From: an uncultured Enterobacterales bacterium
GTDB taxonomy: Bacteria; Myxococcota_A; UBA796; JAFGLY01
Reading direction: 5' to 3'
Length of the DNA stretch: 64,000 nt
Assembly: GCA_964512185.1 (NCBI GenBank)
Contig: CAZEJJ010000003.1
Span: 36,941 to 100,940, forward strand
The position numbers and the translations under genes are program-made. Of the stretch, positions 1-9,748 are shown one piece after another. The notes beneath the pieces are model-generated. The model saw only the letters and a list, made by a program, of their open reading frames with translations. It made no database searches and was not told where the DNA came from. The first letter of the stretch is position 1; each line of letters starts with the position of its first letter.

Positions 1-273
1 CCCGCGGGTCCCGTCCCGTGGCCGCAGCAGCCACTTGTGGCTCCACCCCGCGTCCACCGCGCGGGCGAAGTCACGCTTGAAGTCGTTCTGCTCCGGGCGG
101 GTCCACGGCCGGGTGACGAACGAGTCGCCGGAAGAGCGCCCCTCATCTTCGCGCTCGGTGAACAGCTCGTATCGTACGTGCAGGTCCACGGTGAGGCGCC
201 AGGGCGAGCCGGTGTCGTGCAACCGCACGTCCCGCCGCCTGCCGAGGATCCTGGCCACCGCCGTGAGCGTCAT
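1..273 (-). CDS. hypothetical protein (N-terminal 91 codons; ORF runs off the left window edge)
   Basis: Absent from the ORF track because it has no in-window stop. Minus-strand ATG at 271-273 is preceded by a GAGGAGGGGAGAG SD-like tract. Hand translation MTLTAVARILGRRRDVRLHDTGSPWRLTVDLHVRYELFTEREDEG... stays open to nt 1. It lies 23 bp downstream of the HD-domain gene on the same strand. Confidence 0.5.
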   Translation of the reverse strand, partial: MTLTAVARILGRRRDVRLHDTGSPWRLTVDLHVRYELFTEREDEGRSSGDSFVTRPWTRPEQNDFKRDFARAVDAGWSHKWLLRPRDGTRG

Positions 274-296
274 CTCTCCCCTCCTCGAGGCGTCGT

Positions 297-1745
297 CTAG
301 AGCCCCAGGCACCCCGCCAGGTTGAGCCCTATCTTGTCGGGATCCGCGTGGGCCAGGATCTTCTTGTCGGCCTCTTCCTTCAGGTCCACCTCCGGCCCGG
401 TCACCGGCTGATTCTCCGGGGAGAGCACCACCCGCACCACCGGGCGGTCTGGCAGCCCCAGGTTCTGCCGCGTCACCAGCGCCACCTCGCCGCTCTCGAG
501 GTGCACCGCCGAGCCGCTCGGGTAGGCCCCTACCGTCTCCAGGAACAGCTTGAGCATCGGCAGCCCGAACCGGTCCGACTGCTTCTCCAGCATGTGCATC
601 ACGGCCAGGTGCGGCGCGAGGGCCTTCTTCTCCGGGCGCTGCCAGGTGAGCGTGTCGAAGGCGTCGCAGACCGAGATGAGGCGCCCGAGCGAGGAGATGG
701 CAGAGTGATCTCCGCCCTTGTCTTTGCCGTACAGGTCCCTGCGCGTGAACTCCAGCTGCGACTCGAACAGCACCACGAGCCGCCCCATGGCGTCCTCGGA
801 CAGGTTGCCGGTGCTGATGAGGTTCCGCACCGAGTTGAGCCAGTGGGCAGCCACCTTGGCCTTGTCTTCGGGCGTCGCACGCTCCGGGTGCTCGAGGCTG
901 TTGAGGGTTGCCGCCTTGAGGCCCACCTTCGGCAGGTCGTGCACAATGGCGGCCACCGCCAGGGCCATCAGGTCGCTGCGCTGCAAGCCGAGCCGCATGC
1001 CGAGGGTCAGGACCAGCATGGCGGTGTTCACCTGGTGCGCGGCCAGCGACGGCCTCACCGCGCCGCAGCGGCTCAGGCTGATCAGCATGCCCTCGTAGAC
1101 CTCCATGTGATCCACCGCCGCCTGCACCGCCTGCTTGATCTGCAGCACCGGCGTCGGCTCCCCGGCCTTGAGCCGCCGGATCAGCTGTTCGGTGAGGGTG
1201 ACAAGCACGCAGTAGATCCGGGCCGCCACCTCGTGCACCGGCAGCGCGTCCTTGCCTGCTTCATCGTCGCCCACCACCTCGCGGACGGTAATGCCGCCCC
1301 AGGCGTTTTCGAACAGGGAGTCCGCGGTGCCCGGGTCGTTCAGGCGGTCCATGACCTTGCCGGAGAACTCGGTCAACCCCTCCAGGGTCAGGTCTGGCGG
1401 GAAGCTCACCTCGTCGATGCCCAGGCGGTGCCACAGCTTCTTGAGCTGCTGCGCCTTCTGGTAGTGGCTGAAGTCCATGCGGACCAGCTGGTGGTTCAGG
1501 AAGAAGCTGTACCCCGACAGGGTGAGGATCACCTGATCCCCGCCGGCGCCGAGCTCCTCCACCTTGGCGTGCATGTCCCTGAGCACGCGCTGGACCAGCT
1601 CGTTGTTCATGTCGTACAGCCGGCCCACCTGATCGAGGGCGCAGAAGCCCATGATGACCCCTACGGCCTGCTCGAGCCGCTCGTTGGAGAGATCCTCTCC
1701 GCCCGGCCCGACGGCCTGCTCCTGGTCCCTGGGGGCGTCGCTCAT
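297..1745 (-). CDS. HD-domain signalling protein, HD-GYP-family-like with degenerate GYP region
   Basis: 482 aa. HD motif in AAIVHDLPKVG. LISVCDAFDTLT and the C-terminal GAYPSGSAVHLESGEVALV resemble HD-GYP C-termini, but I find no HHExxDGxGYP stretch. ATGA start/stop overlap with the upstream gene at 1742-1745. Confidence 0.6.
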   Translation of the reverse strand: MSDAPRDQEQAVGPGGEDLSNERLEQAVGVIMGFCALDQVGRLYDMNNELVQRVLRDMHAKVEELGAGGDQVILTLSGYSFFLNHQLVRMDFSHYQKAQQLKKLWHRLGIDEVSFPPDLTLEGLTEFSGKVMDRLNDPGTADSLFENAWGGITVREVVGDDEAGKDALPVHEVAARIYCVLVTLTEQLIRRLKAGEPTPVLQIKQAVQAAVDHMEVYEGMLISLSRCGAVRPSLAAHQVNTAMLVLTLGMRLGLQRSDLMALAVAAIVHDLPKVGLKAATLNSLEHPERATPEDKAKVAAHWLNSVRNLISTGNLSEDAMGRLVVLFESQLEFTRRDLYGKDKGGDHSAISSLGRLISVCDAFDTLTWQRPEKKALAPHLAVMHMLEKQSDRFGLPMLKLFLETVGAYPSGSAVHLESGEVALVTRQNLGLPDRPVVRVVLSPENQPVTGPEVDLKEEADKKILAHADPDKIGLNLAGCLGL

Positions 1746-3649
1746 TTGTCACCTCCGCCCTTGGACTTCTTCTGCTGGGCCTCCAGGCGCTCCTTCTCCA
1801 GCGCCTCGAGCATCGACTCCAGGCTGGCCCGCGTCGCCCGGGGCGGGCTGCGGTCCAGGGTCTGCCGGCAAATGAGCCGCGCCCGCACGCCGCCCACCTT
1901 CTTCAAGGCGTCCAGGATCTTTTCACGGTGCTCCTCGATGCCGCGCCGCCGGAACAGGTTGCCCGCCGCGAGGCCCTCCACCAGGTACTGGTCCACCTTG
2001 GCGCCGCCCCAGCGGGTCAGCAGGAAGAGCACCCGATCGCTCACCTCGGGCGTCCACCCCTTGGCACCGCCAGTGGTCATGGCCCGCAGGATGGTGGCGC
2101 CCTCGCGGCAGCGGGGCAGGCTCTCCAGCAGCTCGAGCGACAGGTCCTGCAGCTCCTTAAGGCCAGAGCCGAGGTTGGTCGAGAGCACGGCCACCATGGC
2201 GTCGTCGACCTGGTCCGCCAGCACCTTGACTGCGGCCAGCCGCACCTGGGTCGACTTGTGGCGGGCGGCCTCCATCAGCGCCGAGCGGGCGCCCGACGTG
2301 GCGCGGCTCGGCCGGAGGCTCTCGATGGCCTCCAGCGCCTCGTCCTGAGAGCCGCTGGTGAGGCTGATGGAGTGCAGCTCGCTCAGGTCCGCCTCGCGCC
2401 GCTCCAGCAGATCGATGAGCCGGGTGCGGGCCCCGCCGGGCGACATGCTCGCCGCCAGAGAGACCAGCTTGCCGTCCGCCTCCGCCGGCAGCAGCGCGAA
2501 GAAAATCGTCACCTTCTCCATGACGTCGGTGGTGCAGCGCTGCAGGTCCCGCTCCAGCCGATACAGCTTGTCGCCCGCCGCGTAACCCTTCAGCGCGGCG
2601 GCGAAGATCCGCCCGGTCTTGACCAGCTCCGGCGTCGGCTTCTCCTTGCGCCCCGGTATCTCCAGGTACGGGGCCATGGCCCTGCAGGCGGCCTGCAACA
2701 TGTCCCAGTTCTTGCCGTGCAACAGCTCCTCGAGGGCCCGGGCGAACTGGCCGGCGTAATCGGCAAGCTGTGCGTCGTTGGCGCCGCCTCCCAGGCGCGC
2801 CATGAGGGTCATGGCCCGCTTCCAGGTGTCGCTGCGCATCTGCAGGAGCTCGTCGTCGAGGTTGCCGCGCCACTCCGCGGTGTTCAGGCCGCGAAGGTCC
2901 TTGAGCCGCCGCTCCTTCTGCACGTTGGCCACCGCGAGAGCGTCCGGGTTCGGCCGCTTGATGGCCCCCCTGTCGCCGCCCTCCGCGAGGTCGGGGAAGG
3001 GTGGGCGGTCCATGTTGATGCGCAGCTGCTCCAGCTCGGTCCGGGCGTCGCGCTCGCTCAGCATGCTCACGCCAGCGGACATCACGCCCTCCATGAACAT
3101 GTCCACGGCGCGGTACTTCACGTGGGCCAGGTCCAGCTCCCACAGCAGGGTCACGGCGTTGTACTCGGCCTCCCCCTCGGAGCGAGCGGCGAACACCTTC
3201 ATCAGCGCCTCGAACTCCTCGCTCTCCATGCCGGGCTGGAGGGAGAGCCTGCGCAGCCCATCGCGGAACAGCGGGAAGCTGAGCCCGCTCTTGTCCTCGT
3301 CGGTGCTGTAGACCGGCTCGTCGTCCACCAGGAGCTGGAACGGAGTCACCGCGAGGGTCACCTCGCCGAACCGATCCAGCACGGCCATCAGGTGCCGCTC
3401 GGCCTCGCCCCGAACCCGCTCGTAGTTCTCGCCCTTGCCCTCGTAGAAGGTCTGCATCTTGAGCGCCTTCTCCAGGGTGTACAGGGCCGTCTCCAGGGAT
3501 GTCACCAGGGCCGTGGTGGCCGGCGCGGCGGCGCTGACATCGGAGTCGCCGGCCTCGAACAGGCGCTCCTGCGGAGCGGGCGTGGACTCGATATCGTCGA
3601 AGTCGAACGTCCCGGGGGCGGGGCCGGCGCGCACCTTGCGCAGCTCCAT
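1742..3649 (-). CDS. hypothetical helical-repeat (HEAT/ARM-like) protein, operon partner of the HD-domain protein
   Basis: Long high-GC3 ORF. The ORF-track start 3769 is TTG. The first ATG is 3649, and TTG 3706 has AGGGGGA upstream, so the start is uncertain (3649/3706/3769). Leu/Ala-rich helical composition with no catalytic motif recognised. Confidence 0.45.
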   Translation of the reverse strand: MELRKVRAGPAPGTFDFDDIESTPAPQERLFEAGDSDVSAAAPATTALVTSLETALYTLEKALKMQTFYEGKGENYERVRGEAERHLMAVLDRFGEVTLAVTPFQLLVDDEPVYSTDEDKSGLSFPLFRDGLRRLSLQPGMESEEFEALMKVFAARSEGEAEYNAVTLLWELDLAHVKYRAVDMFMEGVMSAGVSMLSERDARTELEQLRINMDRPPFPDLAEGGDRGAIKRPNPDALAVANVQKERRLKDLRGLNTAEWRGNLDDELLQMRSDTWKRAMTLMARLGGGANDAQLADYAGQFARALEELLHGKNWDMLQAACRAMAPYLEIPGRKEKPTPELVKTGRIFAAALKGYAAGDKLYRLERDLQRCTTDVMEKVTIFFALLPAEADGKLVSLAASMSPGGARTRLIDLLERREADLSELHSISLTSGSQDEALEAIESLRPSRATSGARSALMEAARHKSTQVRLAAVKVLADQVDDAMVAVLSTNLGSGLKELQDLSLELLESLPRCREGATILRAMTTGGAKGWTPEVSDRVLFLLTRWGGAKVDQYLVEGLAAGNLFRRRGIEEHREKILDALKKVGGVRARLICRQTLDRSPPRATRASLESMLEALEKERLEAQQKKSKGGGDK

Positions 3650-3799
3650 CTTGCCCAGGGTGCCGTCGGTGCTGCCCCCCGATCCCTTGCGGCCAGGCGG
3701 GCTCAAGGGGTCCCCCTGCTCTGAGGTGTCGCCGCCATGGCGGGTAGCATACCAGACCAGCGCCCCCAAAAAGGGTCAGGCGCGCTACACAAACTCAGA

Positions 3800-6700
3800 T
3801 CAGGAGACCGGCTCGTGGTCGGCGTCGTGCTGCGGCCCGTTCCAGATCCAGGAGGCGGCTCGCTTCAGATCCTCCAGGATCATGTACATCACCGGGATCA
3901 GCACCAGGGTGATCTGGGTGGCGAAGGCCACGCCGAAGGCGAGGCTGATGGCCATGGGCACCAGGAACCTCGCCTGCACCGAGGTCTCCGCCAGCATCGG
4001 CACCAGGGCGAAGAAGGTGGTCAGGGTGGTGAGCAGGATGGGGCGGAAGCGCCGCTTGCCCCCCTCCACCACCGCCTGCCACAGCGGCTGGCCGGCCTGG
4101 CGGTTGCGGTTGATGAAGTCGATGAGCACCAGGGAGTCGTTGACCACCACCCCGGAGAGCGCCACCACCCCCTGCATGGAGATCAGGCTCATGTCGTAGC
4201 CCAGCAGCAGGTGCCCGATCACCGCGCCGATGATGCCGAACGGGATGGCGCTCATGATGATGAACGGCTGGGAGTAGGAGCGGAAAGGGATGGCCAGCAG
4301 CGCGAACATCACGAACAGCGCCGCCAGGTAACCCCACTTCATCGAGGCGAACGACTCGGCCCGCTCCTTCTGCTTGCCCTCCAGGTCGTAGGTCAGCCCC
4401 TGGTAGTCGCTCACGAGGTCGGCCAGCGCCGCGCCCTTGAGCTCCTCGACGATTTCCCCCGGGTTGGCGATCTTGTAGTTCACCCGCGCGGTGACGCTGA
4501 TGACGCGCTTGCGCTCCGAGCGGTTGATCTTGGAGTAGGCCCTGCCCTCCTTGACCCGGGCCGCCATGGAGAACGGGATCTCCCGGGCGCCGGGGGAGGG
4601 CGTGGCCGACAGGCCGGGCATGGCCCCCGCCCCCAGGGTGGCCGGGGCGCGCACGCGTAGCTCGTCCACGTCGGCCAGGCTGCGCCGCTCGGAGCGCGGG
4701 AAGCGCACCATCACCTTCACCTCGTTGCGCCCGCGCTGCAGCCGCATGGCCTCGGCCCCGTAGAACGCCGAGCGCACCTGGCGCGCCAACTCCTGCTCGG
4801 TGATGCCGAGGGCCCTGGCGCCGGGGCGCAGCTTCAGCTTAAGCTCCTGCTTGCCCTGCTCCTGGGAGTCGGTGATGTCGAACACACCGGGGTACTGGCG
4901 CAGGGCGACCTTGACCCGCTCGGCGGCCTTCTCCAGGACGCCGAAGTCGTGGTGCGCCAGCTGGATGTCGATGGCCGCGCCGGCGTTCATCAGCCGGGCG
5001 TCGAACACGAGGGACTCGGCCCCCGGGATGTCCCCCACCCGCTTGCGCCAGGCCTGGGCGAAGGCCTGGGACTCCACGTTGCGCTGGCCGCTGTCCACAA
5101 GGTAGACCGCCACCTCCGCCACGTGGCCGCCGGAGCCACCGGAGCCCCGATTCGGCCCGCGGCCCCGGGACTGGGAGCCGACCATGGTGTAGATGGCGCG
5201 CTGCACCTTGCGTCCGCCCGGCTCCTTTTCGTTGAACTCCTTCACCAGGTCCTGGGCCGCGGCGAGCAGGCGCTTGACATGCACCTCGGTCTGCGACGCC
5301 GGCGTGCCGAAGGGCATGGTGAGCTGCCCCTTGACCACGTCCCCCTCCAGCTCGGGCATGAAGATGAACTTGATGTGCTTGCCTGCGAACAGGCCGGCCA
5401 CGCCGAGCACCAGCGCCACCGCCAGGGCCAAAGAGGTGTACCGGTGCCGCAGCGCCACGTCGAGGGTGCGCTGGTACGGAACGTTGATGAACCAGTCCAT
5501 GAACGCGCTCACCCGGTCGTTGAGCCGCCGCATCAGGCCGCGCTTGCCGTCGGGGTCCTCTTTGCTGGCGGCCAGGTGCGCGGGCAGCACGAACAGGGAC
5601 TCCAGCAGGGAGACCAGCAGCACCGAGATGACGATGATCGGCATCGCCTTCATGAACTTGCCCATGATGCCTGTGACGAAAAGCAGCGGGGAGAACGCCG
5701 CCACCGTGGTGAGGATGGAGAAGGTCACCGGCCGGGCCACCTCCTGCGCGCCCCGCTCCGAGGCGGCCTGCGGGGCCATGCCGTTGAGGCGATGGGTGGC
5801 CACGTTCTCTCCCACCACGATGGCGTCGTCCACCACGATCCCGAGCACCACGATGAAGGCGAACAGGGTGATCATGTTGATGGAGACGCCCAGGGCGGGC
5901 AGGAAGATGAGCGACCCGAGCATCGACAGGGGGATGCCGAGGGTGACCCAGAAGGCGAGGCGCACCCGCAAGAACAGCCCGAGGATCACGATGACCAGGA
6001 TCAACCCCATGATGGCGTTGCGCCCCAGCAGGTTCAGGCGGGCCTGGAGGATCTCGGAGCGGTCGGACCAGATGTCCAGGCCCACCCCGGCGGGCAGGGC
6101 GCCGCGCTGCTCGGCGATGTATGCCTTGACCGCCTCGCTGATCTCCATGGGCGTCTGGTCGCCCACGCGGTAGACGTTGACGATGGCCGCGGGCCTGCCG
6201 TCATAGGTGGCCTGCTGGTCGGTCTCGGCGAAGCCATCGCGCACGGTGGCGATGTCGCCGAGCTTGACCCGGGTGCCGTCCGCCTTGCTCAGCACCACCA
6301 CCTCCTCGAACTGCCGACCCGTCTCGCGGCGCTCCTTGGTGCGCAGCAAGATCTCTCCGCCGCGGGCCTTGACCACGCCGGCGGGCATGTCCAGCGACGA
6401 GGCGCGGACGGTGGCCGCCACCTGGCTGAGGGTCAGGCCGTACCGGCGCAGGTTCGCCTCGCCCACCTCGATGGAGATCTCATAAGGCGGCACCCCCGAC
6501 AGCTCGGCCTGGGTGATCATCGGCAAGGCCAGCAGATCGTCGCGCAGCTGCTCGCCGCGCTGGCGCAGGGTGCGCGTGTCCATATCCCCGTGCACCACCA
6601 CGGACATCACCGAGCGGCGGCGCATCAGCTTCTGCACCACGGGGCGCTCGGCCTGCTGGGGGAAGGTGATGATCCGGTCCACCGCGGCCTTGACGTCCTG

Positions 6701-7015
6701 GGTCAACAGGTCGAGGTCCTCGCCCTCCATGATCTGGATCGCCACCTGGCCCACCCCCTCGCTGGCCACCGACGAGATTCGCTTGATCCCCTCGAGCCCC
6801 TGCACCGCCTCCTCGATGGGCTCGACGATGCCCTCCTCCACCTCCTCCGGGCCGGCGCCGGGGTAGGCCACGGTGACCGTCACCCGATCGAGCTCGATCT
6901 CGGGGAACACCTCCACCTGCAGGGTGAAGGCGGCGAACAGTCCGCCGCCGATGAGCACGAGCATGGCGATGTTGGCCGCGACATGGTTGCGGGCCATGTA
7001 CTTGATGGGGCTCAT
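3800..7015 (-). CDS. RND efflux transporter permease (AcrB/HAE-type)
   Basis: 1071 aa. N-terminus MSPIKYMARNHVAANIAMLVLIGGGLFAAFTLQVEVFPEIELD and overall size and TM layout are typical of RND pumps. ATGA overlap with the adaptor gene at 7012-7015. Confidence 0.9.
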   Translation of the reverse strand: MSPIKYMARNHVAANIAMLVLIGGGLFAAFTLQVEVFPEIELDRVTVTVAYPGAGPEEVEEGIVEPIEEAVQGLEGIKRISSVASEGVGQVAIQIMEGEDLDLLTQDVKAAVDRIITFPQQAERPVVQKLMRRRSVMSVVVHGDMDTRTLRQRGEQLRDDLLALPMITQAELSGVPPYEISIEVGEANLRRYGLTLSQVAATVRASSLDMPAGVVKARGGEILLRTKERRETGRQFEEVVVLSKADGTRVKLGDIATVRDGFAETDQQATYDGRPAAIVNVYRVGDQTPMEISEAVKAYIAEQRGALPAGVGLDIWSDRSEILQARLNLLGRNAIMGLILVIVILGLFLRVRLAFWVTLGIPLSMLGSLIFLPALGVSINMITLFAFIVVLGIVVDDAIVVGENVATHRLNGMAPQAASERGAQEVARPVTFSILTTVAAFSPLLFVTGIMGKFMKAMPIIVISVLLVSLLESLFVLPAHLAASKEDPDGKRGLMRRLNDRVSAFMDWFINVPYQRTLDVALRHRYTSLALAVALVLGVAGLFAGKHIKFIFMPELEGDVVKGQLTMPFGTPASQTEVHVKRLLAAAQDLVKEFNEKEPGGRKVQRAIYTMVGSQSRGRGPNRGSGGSGGHVAEVAVYLVDSGQRNVESQAFAQAWRKRVGDIPGAESLVFDARLMNAGAAIDIQLAHHDFGVLEKAAERVKVALRQYPGVFDITDSQEQGKQELKLKLRPGARALGITEQELARQVRSAFYGAEAMRLQRGRNEVKVMVRFPRSERRSLADVDELRVRAPATLGAGAMPGLSATPSPGAREIPFSMAARVKEGRAYSKINRSERKRVISVTARVNYKIANPGEIVEELKGAALADLVSDYQGLTYDLEGKQKERAESFASMKWGYLAALFVMFALLAIPFRSYSQPFIIMSAIPFGIIGAVIGHLLLGYDMSLISMQGVVALSGVVVNDSLVLIDFINRNRQAGQPLWQAVVEGGKRRFRPILLTTLTTFFALVPMLAETSVQARFLVPMAISLAFGVAFATQITLVLIPVMYMILEDLKRAASWIWNGPQHDADHEPVS

Positions 7016-8334
7016 TGGGTGGCGGTCCTCCCGCCGGCCTTGGTCGGCGCGGTGGGCGCGGCCTCGGCCCGCGCTCGCGGCGGCGCGTCAGCCCTGGCGG
7101 CGCCAGGCTGCCTGGCCACCTTGCCCTCTTGCTTGGCGCTGCCCTGGGCCTTGACCCGCAGCTTCATGCCATCCACCGCGCCGGAGATGGCGGTGACGAT
7201 GATCCGGTCGCCGGCGGCGAGGCCGGCAGAGATCAGGGCCTCGCGGTCAGTGAGGCGGGCCACGGTCACCTTGCGCACCTGCAGCTGGTCCTTGGCCGTG
7301 GCGATGTACACCACTGCCCCGATGCGCAGGGCCTCGGACGGGATGGCCACCACGTCGCGCAGCTGCTTGCCGGTGAGGGTGACCTTGACGAAGGCGCCCA
7401 CCTCCAGGGGCGGGCGATCCTGCCCGGCAGACTTCAGGTTGTAAGGATCGGTCACGGAGACCACCACCCGTGACAGCCGGCTGGTGCTGTCGATCTCCCC
7501 GAGAGAGCGCACGAGGGTGGCCTCCCGCTGCACCGCGCCGGTGCCGGTGTCCTGGTGCACGGTGACCGCGGTGCTCGACTTGCCCTTGCCCTTGCCCTGG
7601 CGACGGGGCATGTCGAGCCAGCGCAGGTCGCCGGCCTTGACCGGCACCACCACCTCGGCGCGGTCGGTTCCGAAGGCGCTGGCCACCTCGCGTGTGGCCG
7701 CGACGTACTGCCCCACCTCCACTGATTCCCGCCGTATCCGCAGGTTGAACGGCGCGCGCAGGGTGGTGCGCGACAGGTTCAGCCTGGTCACCTTCAGGTC
7801 GGCCCTGGCGCTGGCCAACCCGGCGCGCGCGGCCTTGAGCTGGGGCTCGCGCAGGGTCAGCGGCGACGGCTTGCCCTTGGCCACCTGGGAGCCGAGCAGC
7901 TTCCACTCCTCCCGCGCGACCCGGGCCGAGGACTCCTCCACGGCCAGCTTCTGCTGGGCCGCGGCCACCGCCGCGCCGGCACGCTCCGTGGCCAGCCGGT
8001 AGTCGGCTGGATCGATGCGCAGCATCACCTCGCCCCTGCGGATCAGGCCGCCGGCCACCAGCTGGGGGTGCGCGGCGATGATCTTGCCTGACACCTGGGG
8101 GACGATGCTCACCTCCCGGCGCGCCTGCACCTGCCCGTGCCCCTTGAGCACCACGCGGCGGTCCACCTTTTCGGCCTGGATCACCTGCACCAGCAGCCCC
8201 GCGGCGCGGCGCTTCTTCTTCTTCGGCTTCTTGCGCGTGGCCTTGAGGGTCACCATCAAGCCCACCCCGAGGGCCAGCACCATCAGGGGGAGCAGGCGCC
8301 TTAACCACTTGCTTGCAGCAGCTTCAGCTTGCAT
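7012..8334 (-). CDS. RND efflux periplasmic adaptor (membrane fusion protein, HlyD/AcrA family)
   Basis: ORF-track start 8343 is GTG. ATG 8334 has AAGGTGG 5 nt upstream. N-terminal TM LLPLMVLALGVGLMV and position between the OMF and RND genes support the call. Confidence 0.8.
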   Translation of the reverse strand: MQAEAAASKWLRRLLPLMVLALGVGLMVTLKATRKKPKKKKRRAAGLLVQVIQAEKVDRRVVLKGHGQVQARREVSIVPQVSGKIIAAHPQLVAGGLIRRGEVMLRIDPADYRLATERAGAAVAAAQQKLAVEESSARVAREEWKLLGSQVAKGKPSPLTLREPQLKAARAGLASARADLKVTRLNLSRTTLRAPFNLRIRRESVEVGQYVAATREVASAFGTDRAEVVVPVKAGDLRWLDMPRRQGKGKGKSSTAVTVHQDTGTGAVQREATLVRSLGEIDSTSRLSRVVVSVTDPYNLKSAGQDRPPLEVGAFVKVTLTGKQLRDVVAIPSEALRIGAVVYIATAKDQLQVRKVTVARLTDREALISAGLAAGDRIIVTAISGAVDGMKLRVKAQGSAKQEGKVARQPGAARADAPPRARAEAAPTAPTKAGGRTATQ

Positions 8335-9748
8335 CGGAACCACCTTTTCCGCGGCGCACGCGGGGTTGCTCTTTCCAGCCGCCGGCCAGCGCTCTGGCCA
8401 GCTTGACCCTGGCGGAGATCAGCTCGCGCCGGGCGGACAGCAGGCCCGACCGGGCCGAGAACAGGCTCTGCTCGGCGGTGAGCACATTTATATAGGGCGT
8501 CAATCCCTGGAGGTACTGGTCCACGGCCAGGCGCAGCATCGCCTCGGCCGTGGCCACCCGCTCCTGCAGGCGCTCGGTTTTTTGCAGCAGCTTCTCGCCG
8601 CTGACCAGGGCGTCCTCCACCTCCTGCACCGCGCGAAGCAGGGTCACCTTGTACGAGGCGAGGGCCTGCTTGAAGCGCGCCTCCTGGCGGTCCACCTCTG
8701 CCGAGATGGCCAGCCCGTTGAAGATGGGCGCGGTGAGCCCGGCCAGCACGTTCCAGATCAGGGCGGTGGGGTCGAAGCTGACGCCCACCGAGCCGCCGAT
8801 GTTGACGCTCGGGAAGTGGGCCGCGAACGCCTTGCCCACCTGGGCGTCGGCGGCGGCGAGCCGGGCGTGAGCGGCGCGCAGATCCGGGCGGCGCTGCAGC
8901 AGCTGGCTCGGCACGCCGGTCGGCAGCTCGCGGATCGGGTCGGGCAGGCGCCCCAGGTCACCCGCCACGCCGGCGCGGGGGAAGTCGCCCACCAGCACCG
9001 ATATGGCGTGCTCGGTGGTACGCAGGCGCTGCTCCAGGCCGGGCAGGGTGGAGCGCACAAGGGCCAGGCTGTCCCGCGCCTGATACAGCTCCAGGGACGT
9101 GGAGATCCCCTCGCGGTAGCGGCGCTCCATCACCGTCTGGCTCTTCCGCCGGGCGGCGATGGTCTCCCGGGTCAGGGCCACCTGGGCGCGCAGCTCAACC
9201 GCGGTGAAGTATGCGTCGGTCAGCGTGGCGGCCACGCTGATGCGCGCCGCCTGCAGGTCCTCTTGCGAGGCGCGCAGGGCAGCCTTGGCCGCCTTGTGTC
9301 CGTAGCGGACCTTGCCCCACAGGTCGATCTCGTAGCTCACCTGCAGCGACAGGGAGTAGGAGCTGGTCTCCACCTCGCGCTTGATGTTGGGGCCGTCGGG
9401 GTCGAGGAAGTTGGGCAGCTCCTGGGTGCGCGCCGAGCGGCTCACGTCGCCCTTGCCCACCACCCTGGGGAACCAGCCCGAGCGGGCGGTGACCAGCGTG
9501 GCGCCCGCCTCCTCCACCCGGGCAGCCGCGGCCACCAGGTCGAGGTTGCGGGCCAGGGCCCGGTCCACCAGCCGGTTGAGCGTGGCGTCGCCGAACAGCC
9601 GCCAGAACCGGCCCACGGGCGGGGCGTCCTTCTTTGCCTTGCCGGCGAACTGCTTGGGCGGCTCCAGGGGCCGCTCCTTGACCTTGCTGGAGTGGATGCA
9701 GCCGCCGGCCAGCACGGCGGCGGCTGCGAGCAGGAGCAGGCGACTCAT
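8324..9748 (-). CDS. efflux outer-membrane factor lipoprotein (NodT/OprM family)
   Basis: ATG 9748 overlaps the TetR stop (ATGA). Signal peptide plus lipobox MSRLLLLAAAAVLAGGC. 474 aa, first structural gene of the efflux operon. Confidence 0.8.
   Translation of the reverse strand: MSRLLLLAAAAVLAGGCIHSSKVKERPLEPPKQFAGKAKKDAPPVGRFWRLFGDATLNRLVDRALARNLDLVAAAARVEEAGATLVTARSGWFPRVVGKGDVSRSARTQELPNFLDPDGPNIKREVETSSYSLSLQVSYEIDLWGKVRYGHKAAKAALRASQEDLQAARISVAATLTDAYFTAVELRAQVALTRETIAARRKSQTVMERRYREGISTSLELYQARDSLALVRSTLPGLEQRLRTTEHAISVLVGDFPRAGVAGDLGRLPDPIRELPTGVPSQLLQRRPDLRAAHARLAAADAQVGKAFAAHFPSVNIGGSVGVSFDPTALIWNVLAGLTAPIFNGLAISAEVDRQEARFKQALASYKVTLLRAVQEVEDALVSGEKLLQKTERLQERVATAEAMLRLAVDQYLQGLTPYINVLTAEQSLFSARSGLLSARRELISARVKLARALAGGWKEQPRVRRGKGGSDAS

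Noticed and set aside
348-7444. Very long ORFs antisense to, or out of frame with, the HD, HEAT and RND genes (e.g. 348-2348 +, 1928-3724 +, 4949-7444 +). There are similar ones at 8015-10075, 20857-24693, 24832-26913, 29057-31654, 33055-35538, 45882-47561, 47879-49912 and 51861-53480.
   Set aside because: They are typical stop-codon-poor shadow frames of a high-GC genome. Their translations are Arg/Gly/Ala/Pro-rich and low in complexity. They have no motifs and no SD, and they overlap ORFs with clear family signatures.
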